Shown: positions 1 to 11,611 of the stretch, one piece after another
Layout of the letters: each line of letters starts with the position of its first letter
Numbering within the stretch: position 1 is the first letter of the stretch
Assembly (NCBI GenBank): GCA_951406725.2
Contig: OX597824.1
Coordinates: 63,612,001-63,676,000 of the forward strand
Source: Octopus vulgaris
Lineage: Eukaryota
DNA: 64,000 nucleotides
Direction of reading: 5' to 3'
Notes under the pieces: model-generated
Told to the model about the DNA's origin: nothing
Databases searched by the model: none
Seen by the model: only the letters and a program-made list of their open reading frames with translations
Program-made: the position numbers and the translations under genes

Positions 1-86
1 GACACTTGCCAAAGATGCCACGCAGTGGGACTGAACCCGGAACCATGTGGCTGGTGAGCAAGCTACTTACCACACAGCCACTCCTA
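1..86 (-). mobile_element. tRNA-derived SINE family A, 5' part (cut by window edge)
   Basis: Reverse complement matches the head of copies at 3329 and 18691 (gtgtggtaagtagcttgct...ccgggttcagtccc, A/B-box-like). Confidence 0.85.
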
Positions 87-107
87 TATATATATATATA
101 TCGAATA

Positions 108-620
108 TTCAATTTTATAAATATAATTATAAAATTATAATGATATGGGCAACTACTGACTAATGACTCATGCTAGAAGAAGAAGCCAAATGTTATCACA
201 TAGACACAGGCTAGAGCGAGGGAATAAGCAGACAAGATTTTTTAAAGTTTACCCATAGATCGTTTTCTCGTTTCGGGCTGTTATACCACTTCACCGTCCT
301 CATTATGACATAACCGGAAGTACATAATTAGAAACATTTATACGTACCATACGAACATACGTATGGTATGTATAGATGTTTATAATTATTTACATTGGGT
401 TATGTCATACTGAAGACAGCAAAGTGGTATTACATCTCTAAACTAGAAACCGATCTACGGCTAAACGTTTTAAAAATCTTTTTTGTTCATTCCCTAAATT
501 TCAGTCCGTGTCTATGGGATAAATAAGGTAATTTTAGAGCCATTTGGTTTCTTCTTCTATCTTGTTGCATTACTCAGTAATGCCAAATTATAATTTTATA
601 ATTACATTTATAAACTTAAA
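108..620. repeat. Diverged ~250-bp-arm fold-back (inverted repeat) element with HHR-like motif
   Basis: Arms pair, e.g. tagaagaagaagccaaatg / catttggtttcttcttcta and tatgacataacc / ggttatgtcata; centre near 355; (TA)n nearby on both sides; gtcata-CTGAAGA...GAAAccgatc-tacggc in the right arm. Confidence 0.75.
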
Positions 621-722
621 AACCACTGTATGAATTTATAACTAAATGTTTTTTACATGCTAGCTACTTGATAAAATTCTATATACATTTTATCTTTATT
701 ATAACGATATATATATATATAT

Positions 723-919
723 AGGGAGATGTACTCGCATAGCAAGTAATTTGATCTGAGATCGTGTGCTGAAACGAAAACAATTGCAGCGTGGAAGGTG
801 TTTATAAGCCATTTAAGAAACACACAAAAGCCGATCGATTCACTCCAACATTTAAGTTTAATTTGTCAAAATATTTTCGTCGCTAAAATCCGCGACCTGT
901 TCACTGACAAAGTCCGTGC

Positions 920-923
<4 letters not shown>
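723..923 (-). mobile_element. 200-bp non-autonomous repeat family H1 with variant minimal hammerhead
   Basis: Homologous copies at 8741-8938 (+), 11941-12147 (+) and a partial copy at 10141-10226 (-); this copy has (TA)n on both sides. Confidence 0.85.
862..911 (-). ncRNA. Putative minimal type-I hammerhead ribozyme with G3-C8 core (GUGAACA)
   Basis: Minus strand: tttgtca-GTGAACA-g-gtcgc-ggatttta-gcgac-GAAA-atat-T-T-tgacaaa: 7-bp stem I, 5-bp stem II, palindromic stem III (AATATT). Confidence 0.65.
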
Positions 924-978
<55 letters not shown>

Positions 979-1174
979 GGGTTGGGTAAAGTAATGGAAA
1001 CACCTAGCATGACAGCAGCATCATTTTGAAATATCTATAAAACCATCAAAAGCTTGTTTATTTTTAAGTATTTGATTTATTATTAGTGTTGTTCCTATGT
1101 TTTGTTAAAGTTGCTGTTTCTTTTCAGATATCATCAGAAAAGGGAAAGTAAATTTCATTAAAAGGACACACCTA

Positions 1175-2060
1175 TTGGACTTTCAAAGAGATCAAATCGT
1201 TGGTGCTCGTATGGCAGGCGCTACCGTAACGAAAACAGATGAAATGTCTGCTCTTTCAAGAAGTACTGTCTCGAAAGTAATTATAGCCTTTGAGAAAGAG
1301 GGAAAAACCTCCTCGTCGAAACAAATCTCCAGAAGAAAACCAAAACTTTCAGAGAGGGACCGTCGGACTCTTACGCGACTAGTCAGAAAGGATCACAAAA
1401 GTACAGCTCCCAAAATTACTGCAGAGCTTAAAGACCACCCCGAGAACCCAGTCTCAACAAAAAATGTTTGCCGGGAGCTGCACTAATCCAGATTTCACGG
1501 GAGGGCTTCAATAAGAAAGCCACTACTTTCAAAAACAAAAATTGAAAAGCATTTAAAATGGAGTAAAAACCTACAGAATTGGTCCCTAGAGCAGTGGGAG
1601 AATGTTATGTTTCCGGACGTTTCATTCTTTACCTTATTTCCGACTACAGTCCGAGTACACGTGTGGAGACATCCGAAAGAAGCATTTGACCCAGACTGTC
1701 TTCTTACAACTGTTAAATATGGAGGAAATCTGTGATGATCTGGGTGGTGAGGCTATATCTTGGAAATCCAATAATCAAGACTATTTAAGCATTTTGTCTG
1801 ATCAAATTCATCCTATGGTTGCGCAACTGTTTCAGGAGTGAAACGCAAGATAATTATGCACCATTTCACACAGCTAAAGTTGTTACTAAATGACACGAAG
1901 AAAGTTCAAGTGAAAATCTTATCTGGCCAACTCATTACCCAGATCTCAATATTAATGAACATTTATGGTGCAATTCATAAAAACATTTAAGGAGTCGATA
2001 TCCTCCACCAACATCACTACATGACAGGAGACTCTTTCAGCAGAAGGATGGACAAAAATT
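1175..2060 (+). pseudogene. Tc1 transposase pseudogene (HTH + DDE fragments)
   Basis: ORF 1175-1486 gives the paired-like HTH region; downstream frames contain stops and frameshifts. Confidence 0.85.
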
Positions 2061-2082
2061 CCTTTGTTAAAATAAATTTACA

Positions 2083-2260
2083 TCTTTATATTTAAGAGAT
2101 GAGTAATTATATACATTATTTACATTTGACGGATATTTGTCCTCATCTTTGTTGTTAACACAACGTGTCGGCTGATATACCCTCCAGCCTTCATCGGGTG
2201 TCTTGGGGAAATTTCGAACCTGGGTTCTCATTCCTAAGGTATTTTTTGATGTTGTTGTTG

Positions 2261-2309
<49 letters not shown>

Positions 2310-2412
2310 TATTATTATTATTCAGGTCACTGCGTGGAATCGGAATCGGGATGTTGGGGTTAAGAGCGCGGGATTCTAACCCCAAGATTCTGAGTTCGAT
2401 TCCAGGCAGTGA

Positions 2413-2501
<89 letters not shown>

Positions 2502-2588
2502 TCGAAAAATACTTTAGGAATGAGAACCCGGTTCGAAATTTCCCCAAGTCACTCGATGAAGGCTGGAGAGTATATCAGCTGAAACGTT
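2083..2588. mobile_element. Fold-back element family H2: tRNA-like head + (AAT)n + hammerhead tail, nested in the Tc1 element
   Basis: Arms ~2160-2362 and 2377-2588 are inverted copies with a 14-nt loop; B-box-like gagttcgattcc at ~2392-2403; degenerate HHR motifs at 2157-2202 (-) and 2548-2588 (+); second copy at 60467-60615. Confidence 0.8.
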
Positions 2589-3328
2589 ATTTTCTCCTAC
2601 CCCTGTATATATATATCAGACAGTCCTACACTAATACACACGTTCTTGGAAAGTACGGGGTCAAGAGCCTAATGGACTCAATTTTTTTATCGCACAGATT
2701 ATTTATTCTGACAGAATCGTTAGAGCATAAGTAATACTTTGCGGTATATATTCTCTTTATATTTTGATTTCAGATTCCATCGGAGTGAACTTTGCATCCA
2801 ATCCTCCCCTGTTCCAGTTAAGTAATCTGACTGAGTTAGTCGCCTAACTACACAGCTTTCAAAATTGCTGGCCCTGTCCCAAAACTGGAAAATAAAATTA
2901 TAGAGTGTATACTTAACATAAGAATTTCTTTTCATTTGTAATTATTTGGGACAGTCCAGCTATAACAAAACGTCCACTTTGCGCTCGTAGCTCAGAGTTC
3001 TGGCGTATTGTTGGTTTTCATTGTGCTTTAATTCCTCTTTGATGTCTGTTACGGAGAATTGACAATGGAATTTTTTTCCCAAAAATATTCTTTAATATAT
3101 TTTTGAAATTCCTTTCCTTGTTCCCTTTTTTTTAAATCTATTTTTTTCGTCATTCCCTAGTTCCTAATTTATTGTTTCCTGATATAAACCATTGCAATTT
3201 TCCGGTGTAAAACTGTTTCCCGCCTGAAGATCGCAGTGGCATGAACTTCGAGTCGTGAGATAGAAATTGAGCTTTAATAAAGAACACTCTCTATATTAGT
3301 GAGCAATGTTCTGACATTAGTTTCACAG

Positions 3329-3492
3329 TAGGTGCAGAAGTGGGTGTGTGGTAAGCAGCTTGCTTCCCAACCACATGGTTCCGGGTTCATTCCCACTGCG
3401 TGGCACCTTGGGCAAGTGTCTTCTACTATAGCATCGGGCCGACCAAAGCCTTGTGAGTGAATTTGGTAGACAGATACTGAAAGACGCCTGTC

Positions 3493-3569
<77 letters not shown>

Positions 3570-3757
3570 TGTGTGTGTGTGCGTGTGTGTACGTGTGTGT
3601 GTGTGTGTTTACGTTCCCATAACTTAGCGGTTCGGCAAAATAGACCGATAGAATAAGTACTAGACTTACAAAGAATAAGTCTTGGGATCGATTTGCTCGA
3701 CTAAAGGCGGTGCTACAGTCTGGCCGCAGTGAAAAGGCTGAAACAAGTAAAAGGGAG
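3329..3757 (+). mobile_element. SINE family A, full length, with internal (TA)n(TG)n
   Basis: tRNA-like head, internal microsatellite, tail gaccgatagaataagtactag...ctgaaacaagtaaaag; multiple copies in window. Confidence 0.9.
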
Positions 3758-5029
3758 TTCAAATTTCTCATGCTCACACACACACACACTCATCATGCAC
3801 GCACACATATACGCACACACACAGAGAATAAAAATATGGCTCTAAAATATCTGTGAAGGAATTTGAAGGTAACATTCCAATATTTTTGCTTTTGTTATTT
3901 ATTTATATTGAATTTTCTATCTGCATTGCCACCAACTTAAGTGCCATACAAAATTTCTACATATTGCGAAATGCTTGAAGCATACTAAATTTTTGCAATG
4001 ATATATTGTTATTATTATTATTTTTTATTGGTATTGTTGCTGTTGTTGTTTTTGTTCATGTTCTTGTCATTATTGTTGTTATTATTGTTCTCAGATGCAT
4101 CACGGTTATGTAACTTATAGGTATTCCACTCGGACCTCTCCACAGATACTTCATTTTAGTTAGGTCCATTTCTGATACAGAGATAGGAAAAAGAAAAATC
4201 TCCGAGAGTATGGGATAGAGAGAAAGAGAAAGACAATTTATTGAACATAACAAGCGTATTATGTATGTTCATTGATCCAAACAAATTCTTTTAGATTATG
4301 TTGACACTCAGAATCTAAATATCTAAATCTTGGCTATCACAAGTGATTCTAATTATTTCAGCTTCACCCACCCACTATTCAATCTTAGCTATTATTTCTG
4401 CCTCCTTTCTCTTTCTCTCTTTGATTTTGCTTTTTTTCCCCCCTCTCTTTTGTTTCTTCGTTCTGTTTTTTGCTTTCTGTGCGTTTCTATAAATATATTA
4501 TTTACGAAAGAACTTTAAAAAGAAAAAAATATATATATATATAATATGAAACACAAGGAGAAATGACATGAATAAAGCAGCAACGGCAGCCAATGGAACA
4601 AAATACAGCTACACTGGCAGCAGCAGCAGCAGCAGCAGCACGAAGAAAACTATGAGCACAAACAAGTAAAAGTCCATGCAAAACGTACGCCTGAGAATTT
4701 GCAGTGAAAGAGAGACGCTACTGATGTTTTCATGAAGCCCGTTTCCTGCGGCGTTTCTGACAGAAAAAATAGTGTTTTTGCCGATTGGCCGCAGAGGTAT
4801 GGTCTGCATTGCATAACCACATTCAGAAGACAGTATCTCTAGTATTTTCATAACGAGCGTCATTTCCACTGTCCATATTATCATCATCATTGTCATCATC
4901 ATCGCCATCATTATCTTCGCCGTGACCGTTGCCGTTATTATCGTCTCGTAATTGTCGTTGTCGTCGTCAGCATCGTCATTGTCGTCGATACCATCGTCGT
5001 CATCAACTATCATTATCGTCATTATCTTC

Positions 5030-5235
5030 ATCGCAGAATCGTCAGCACGCCTGACATAATGCTTAACCGTATTTCTTTTGTATCTCAACGTTCTGAAATT
5101 AAACTCTGCCGGGGTCGACTTTGCCTTTCATCCTTTCGGAATTGATAAAATAATTACTAGTCGAGCACTGGGCTTGATGTAAATGACTAACCCGTCCTCT
5201 CCCAAAATTTCAGGATTTGTTCCTATAGAAGAAAG
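5030..5235 (+). mobile_element. tRNA-derived SINE family B
   Basis: Shared core gtcgactttgcctttcatcctttcgg..gataaaataa; followed by (ACT)n/(AAT)n. Confidence 0.8.
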
Positions 5236-5236
5236 G

Positions 5237-5291
<55 letters not shown>

Positions 5292-5300
5292 ATGATGATG

Positions 5301-5336
<36 letters not shown>

Positions 5337-6334
5337 GTAATACCGTCATCATTTTTGTTTTCTTTTATATGTTATTGACGAATTAGCATTAATTTTGCAT
5401 AGCTGTTCATGTACACCATTTCAATCATGTCACTCTTTCTCACACTCTGTAGATTGCCAAATGAGTCTTCAAGATAGAATTCATAAGTGGTTCCACCTCT
5501 CGCAGAATTTCCAGCGAGTGATCTCCCAGAGACAACGAGAAAGCATTTATTCAGTTATATGTCCTACTAAAAGCGGTTAACCAAACTGCCCTAAGATTCA
5601 CCCCCTAGTCCCTTCGAAATACAAAAACAAAACAAAAAAACAAGAATAAAAGACAAGTGATGACTAGTTCCTTATAAAATACTAATGGACATTCTCAATG
5701 TTTACGGGTAAAACCATGGGCCAGTATTGATCGGAGGCTGAACAGCAACAACAACCATCTTCAAAGATGCTACAATAGTATCTAGATTGTGGTTGCCTAC
5801 ATAAATAATTTACATATTATAATGGATTTGTGTTCTGGAAGAAAGAGAGTGGGAGGCTCCTTGCCTGTATTTCAAGTTAACATTTAAATTTAGATCCTGT
5901 GTTATCTCAAATACTTACTTTTTGTGAAATTGTTTGTATTTGCATCTTCCAAATTTATTTTCGAGTGTATTTTAGTCTTGAACTTTTTTTTTAATGCCAC
6001 ACACACAGGTTTTTTTATGTTAGATTCAGATTAGCCTTGCGTAGTTTTATCACTGTGTATCAAGTGAATTATTTCGAATAAGCCTCGTTTTCAGGATTTG
6101 CTGTTTAAGTCTTCATGTACCCTAGCGGCTGGCTGACTCTTTATATATGAGTATGCTCTAAACTTGTAGATATGTGTAAATCTGACGACGCAAGAAGCTA
6201 ACGAATGAACATTTACATGATTGCATGATCTCCTAAAACTACCAACAAATTTCCATTCTAATCACAAGCCTTTACTATTTGAAAATAAGATATATATTAG
6301 ACCGTTTAATTACTTTAATATAAATAATATAGAT

Positions 6335-6536
6335 TGTGGTGGCGAGCTAGCGGAATCGTTAGAACGCTGGGCAGGATGTTTAGCGGCATTTCGTCCGTCT
6401 TGACGTTCTGGGTCTAAATGCCACAGGAGTCGACTTTGCCTTTAATTTTTTAGGGGTCGATAAAATAAGTATCAGTTCAACACTCGAATCGATTTAATCG
6501 AATCCCGAAATTGCTGGCCTTGTGCAAAATTTGAAA
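6335..6536 (+). mobile_element. SINE family B
   Basis: ggtggcgagctagcggaatcgttag...gtcgactttgcc...ttgctggccttgtgcaaaatttgaa. Confidence 0.85.
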
Positions 6537-7473
6537 AAGATAGAATGGTCATTGGTGGAAAGCTTTCCATTACGGATATTCTCCAATAGGAATGATTCAA
6601 GAACAAAGGACAGAAACAATTGTCTGTCCATTTGAGCAAATATACAAAAATGTAGCGACAATATGAAAAAAAATGTGTAGTAGTGGTCACGCATTTTTAT
6701 CTTCTCGCACTGCAGCAACTTTGTCGATTGTGATCAGATAGATTTTGAGTATTATAGAATATTATCTGAAAACTGGTGAGAGGTTGCATAGGGGTACGAA
6801 CTTTCCTCTGAGCACAATAGCTTATTAGATTTTCTCTGAATGTGAAACATACTTATTTACATTAACCGATTTTTCCTCATCATATTATGTAGAGAGCTTA
6901 CAAGCATATATTATTTTCATTCCAAACCATCCAAACATATTAGTGTGTATATACGCTATAAGACATATATCTTAGCGTCTAGAAAAGTCCGTTTATTTAT
7001 TCTGCTCGTTGTCATTGCCAGATCATATGCTTTGTCTAGTATATTATTAATGATTTATTGGTCTGATATATAATCGATCATTTATTAGTCTTAACATTTA
7101 TACATTTGTAGACATAGATTTTATGTCTAACTGCTGCAATCTAGATTTTATATCTAACTGCTGATTGGATAATAATGCTGTGTGATCCAGTTTTCGATAC
7201 AGTTGTCATTGACAAGTTATGACTTATTGAGATATACATTTAATAATATCTCATATCATGTTATTTGTGCGGGGGTGCTATACGAGATAATTGCAAATTT
7301 GTTCACTGCGGTTACGATGGCGACAGTAATAACCGAGTACCAGTGGAAATCGGGAAATAATACAACAGCGTATTTGTCCCTACATATTGTTTTATCAGTT
7401 TTATTGCCAATGTTTAGATCTTTTGATGATACACGGTAGCGAAAGATATGCGCAAACGCATACACACACAATG

Positions 7474-7573
<100 letters not shown>

Positions 7574-7751
7574 TGATGGCTACACATAATGGCTGCTCAG
7601 GCCCAAACCCAGTGTCTGAAGTCCGCCGTTAAGTGTAGAGGTGCAGAATAAGCTATGTAGAGTTTGAGCGTACGAAGGTGTAAAGAACAAGGTATGAACA
7701 GCCAGTAACAAAATATCAAATCAATTTATAACCTATTTATATAACTGGACG

Positions 7752-7808
<57 letters not shown>

Positions 7809-7812
<4 letters not shown>

Positions 7813-8048
7813 ATAAGGAAAGGAAAAATTGGTATAGAACCAATGTGCATTCTATAAATTGTTTCAGGGTCTAATGAATTCCAAAGACAAAAACGAAAAA
7901 TTCTTCTTGGAATAAAATTTTGATTATTTGTCAGAAATTAAATACTGGTATGAATAATTACGACCAACAAAAATAGTCAAAGACCTTCTATAGCCCTTCT
8001 GGGCTGTGAAAGGTCTTCGTATATTAATTTTTCCTTTCCTTATACTTC
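7809..8048. repeat. Fold-back remnant with terminal inverted arms and internal hairpin
   Basis: aagtataaggaaaggaaaaatt / aatttttcctttccttatactt; hairpin aagaccttctatagccc-ttct-gggctgtgaaaggtctt at ~7980-8018; abuts (TA)n. Confidence 0.65.
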
Positions 8049-8740
8049 ATTTATTGTTTTTGCAAATACTGAAAATATTTTTCTTCTATATATCCTTTAC
8101 CTGGACTGTACCAGCGGACTTAAATATTTGACATCCCCTTGAAGGATTTCGGCCTTTACCTTTTCTATATATATGAGAAAATGATAAAGCGTGTGTTTGT
8201 GTGCGCGTTTGCACATGTCCGTCTGTCTATTGCAGTAGTGTTTCACCCTATTAAACTTCACCTGAGGCTATGCTAGACACGAAGCAGTGGGATGAAGCAC
8301 AGAGCGAGTTGGTTACAAGGCGAATCGAACTTCCTAACAACAGAATAATAACTACGCCCAGAGACAAGTATATTGCAAGTGCCTGTAGATTCTAACCCTG
8401 ATTTCCATACGCGTTATTATAACATATATGATTGTATGACAATTATATGAGATAATTAATGCTAATAAAGTTTGTCTGTGAGGGAGCGGCTTTGATACCT
8501 TTTAATTCCTAATTATCTCCTACAGTTACATCAGCTAATCAATCTTTATAATTATATGGCTGAGTAAATCGACTAATTCCTAAAAGTGACGACTGATGAT
8601 GACAAACAATTTCAAAGGCAATGATTGATGAAGCGTAGTTCCTTATAACACCAGATATCTGATAAAATGATTTGATCATAATGGCAAGAAATACATGTGT
8701 AAGATGACAATAGCACCTTAAATATATATATTTATATAAG

Positions 8741-8938
8741 GTGCGGCACGGAAGTTTGTCAGTGAGCTGGTCGCCGTCTCAAAGCAACGAAAATATTTTG
8801 ACAAATTAAATTTAAATGTTGAAGTGAATCTAATGGTTTTTGTGTGTTTCTTAAATGGCTTATAAACACCTTCCACGCTGCAATCGTTCCAGCACACGAT
8901 TTCAGATCAGGTCACTTGCTATGCAAGTACATTTCCGT
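8741..8938 (+). mobile_element. Family H1 copy (variant HHR at 8755-8805)
   Basis: Reverse complement of 723-923; tttgtca-GTGAGCT-g-gtcgc...gcaac-GAAA-atattt-tgacaaa; followed by (TA)n. Confidence 0.85.
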
Positions 8939-8947
8939 AATATATAT

Positions 8948-9011
<64 letters not shown>

Positions 9012-9162
9012 TGTTTCATTAAAAATATCTTTTACTGATATAAGGGTAATTTAGTGGTAAAATTGCCGATTATAAGTTCACATATTTAAAATATTTGGGT
9101 TCAAGACATTTTATTTAGAAATATGTATTAATAAAATAATTCTGTAGTTAATCGTTAAATTT

Positions 9163-9342
9163 TCTAAAATTGGTCGGTACAAATCTAATGTTGGTCGGTA
9201 CAAATTTAAAATTCGTCAGTCCAAATCTAAAATTGATCAGTCCAGATCTACAATTCATCGGTGGAAATCTAAAATTGATCAGTACAAATCTAAAATTGGT
9301 CGGTACAAATATTGGGCGGTATAAATCTAAAGTTGGTCAGGA
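9163..9342. repeat. 21-bp minisatellite (~8.5 units, tctaaaattggtcggtacaaa)
   Basis: Tandem diverged units visible; gives the 7-aa periodic ORF 9170-9361. Confidence 0.9.
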
Positions 9343-9620
9343 AACCCTATATGCTCTTTAGAGTGAGCTACTACTAAGCTCCGAGTTTTGTTGTCAACTA
9401 TTTACAATATCCAGACTGGAGATAGTAAAAGTTCTTTTAGAATCTTAGTCTCGTTACATGGTCAGCAGACTTGATTATATTCCGAAGTTATTCTTATTTG
9501 TTACGTCAATTATTCGGATCCGTCAGTCTTCATTGTCTCAGATTATGGTAAATTTGTCCGCCATTATCACCTTTAAAATAAATTGTAAACTTCAATTTGT
9601 TATCTCTTTCTCTCTCTCTT

Positions 9621-9675
<55 letters not shown>

Positions 9676-9888
9676 GCTTCCCCCTGTCTTTTCTTACATC
9701 AGGTTTCATTATCTGAACAGTCTTTATTCAAACAAACCAAATGATAAAACCATTTAAATGTTCATTTCATGTTGCAAATTTTGTTTTCTGCAAGGAGGAA
9801 TGGTATCATGTCAAGGACGAAGATAATACAGGAAATAACCTGGGATTCCCCCACCATTTTCTTTTCATTCATATATTTCAATATAATC

Positions 9889-9935
<47 letters not shown>

Positions 9936-10752
9936 TACATATATATATATATATACACATATATATATACATATACATATATATATAAATATACATACAT
10001 ATATACATACATATAAACATGCATACATACATACATACATACATACATACATACATACATACATACATACATACATACATACATACATACATACATACAT
10101 ACATACATACATACGTACATACATACATATATAAATACATAAACAATTGCAGCGTGAAAGGTGTTTACAAGCCATTTAAAAAATACACAAAATCCGTTAG
10201 TTTCACTTCTACATCTAATTTTAATTTATATATATATTTTTATATATTTGTATGTATGCATGTGTGTATATATGTATGTACGTATGCATATGTGTACCTG
10301 TGTATGCATGCATGCGTATACGCATGTATGATTGTGTGTATGTGTATGTGACCTTCTCACCACCGTCTAACGGTGAATGGATACAACGTCTTAGATACAT
10401 ACATGTAAATATAAGCCTATCTATATGTACGTACAAGCATACACAATCATATAAATACATATACACACTTTTCGCAGACAAGGAGTAAAATTTACTGTAA
10501 TATACATTTTCTATTATACGTAGACATATTCATATATATATATATCCATATATATATATATGTATATATATAATATATATATACATATATCTACACACAC
10601 ACACTCATACGTACATGCATGTATATACTCATACACATATATATACTCTCACAACTCATACACATACATACACACGCACGCTAAAATACACATACATCTA
10701 CCCATACGTACATACATTTTAATCTAAGTGCACTCATATGATTATATATAAC

Positions 10753-11250
10753 TACATGTATGCATTTCATTCTTTTTTTACTTGCATCTCAGCATGTATG
10801 TTTAGATTTCTACATGTAAATGAGAGAATGGGTGATCATAGATGAGTAATCCCGAGTGGAATCTGTATGTTACCCCACTCGGATTTACGGCTGTGTGTGG
10901 GTTTGTATTCCTGTATACAGACAGCTTCAGTGACATGTCTCAGCATTGCATCAGTGGGATGTGTAGATAAGCTGTCTAACTTAAGTCTCCCTAAGGAGCC
11001 ATTGCGGCAGTCTACAGGTTGCTGATAGAAGATGGATTTTGTTTCTTTTTCAAGGTAGTTGTCCAGGTGTCCTTTGAACCTATCATTGATAGCGTCAACG
11101 AACATTTCACTGTGGGAACTTCTTGTTATCATACCAAGTAATATTTTTATTTCTTTTGTTGGTATCCTCCAACCTATTCCAGAACTTGTTGCCTTATAGA
11201 GGGCATATATCGTTTTCGTCATCTCTTAGAATGCGTTCGAATCTTGTTTT
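10753..11250 (-). mobile_element. Penelope-like element 3' remnant: GIY-YIG endonuclease C-terminal part plus downstream degenerate HHR
   Basis: ORF 10836-11222 contains RFKGHL...KSIFYQ...MLRHVTEAVCIQEYKPTHSRKSEWG, resembling the R..EH and E...I....P.LN motifs of PLE GIY-YIG; minus-strand tacatg-CTGA.GA-tgc...GAAA-tgca-T-A-catgta at 10753-10798. Confidence 0.7.
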
Positions 11251-11611
11251 CGCTCTGATTCTATTGTACTGTGTGTAACCGGAACGTTGCATTCGGAATA
11301 CGTAGTGCTGGAAGTGTTGTTATTATTCTTGTGGTTGGCGTAGTGGGGATACGTTCCTCAGTATTCTAAGTCTGCCACGTGGATGTTGATTTTGCTGATT
11401 TTGGTAGTACTTGACATCGCTAAGTCACTAAGAATTACCAGTGGTTTAGCCATAGGTTTAAAGTAGTGTGAGTGGAGTGAACAGTGTGATAGAGTAACAG
11501 TTCCGTTAATCATAGTATTTTCTATCTACAGCTCAATATTTAGGACAGACAATCTATTTCTGAGACGTTTGGAGGGTTAGTCAACATAACCTTTACACTG
11601 CTCTGGATAGA

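Larger units (their letters stand above)
976..2605 (+). mobile_element. Tc1-like DNA transposon, decayed
   Basis: TIRs caggggttgggtaaagtaat / ttattttctcctacccctg with TA on both sides; transposase remnants (DFQRDQIVGARMAGA, RKPKLSERDRRTLTRLVRK, and a degraded WP...PDLN..EHLW-like segment near 1920-1970). Confidence 0.9.

Noticed and set aside
2355-2417. Functional tRNA gene (also heads at 43119 and 43905-43984)
   Set aside because: Incomplete cloverleaf and attached to repeat bodies; these are SINE-type heads.
2165-2734. 189-aa ORF with poly-L and poly-N
   Set aside because: Artefact of the inverted (ATT)n/(AAT)n arms of element H2.
9163-9342. CRISPR-like periodicity
   Set aside because: Contiguous tandem units without spacers, in a eukaryotic context with no cas genes.
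9741-10488. Many ORFs of YIYI/CVCV/HTHT/LSIY/poly-L/N/I type here and throughout
   Set aside because: They are translations of microsatellites with no coding signature.
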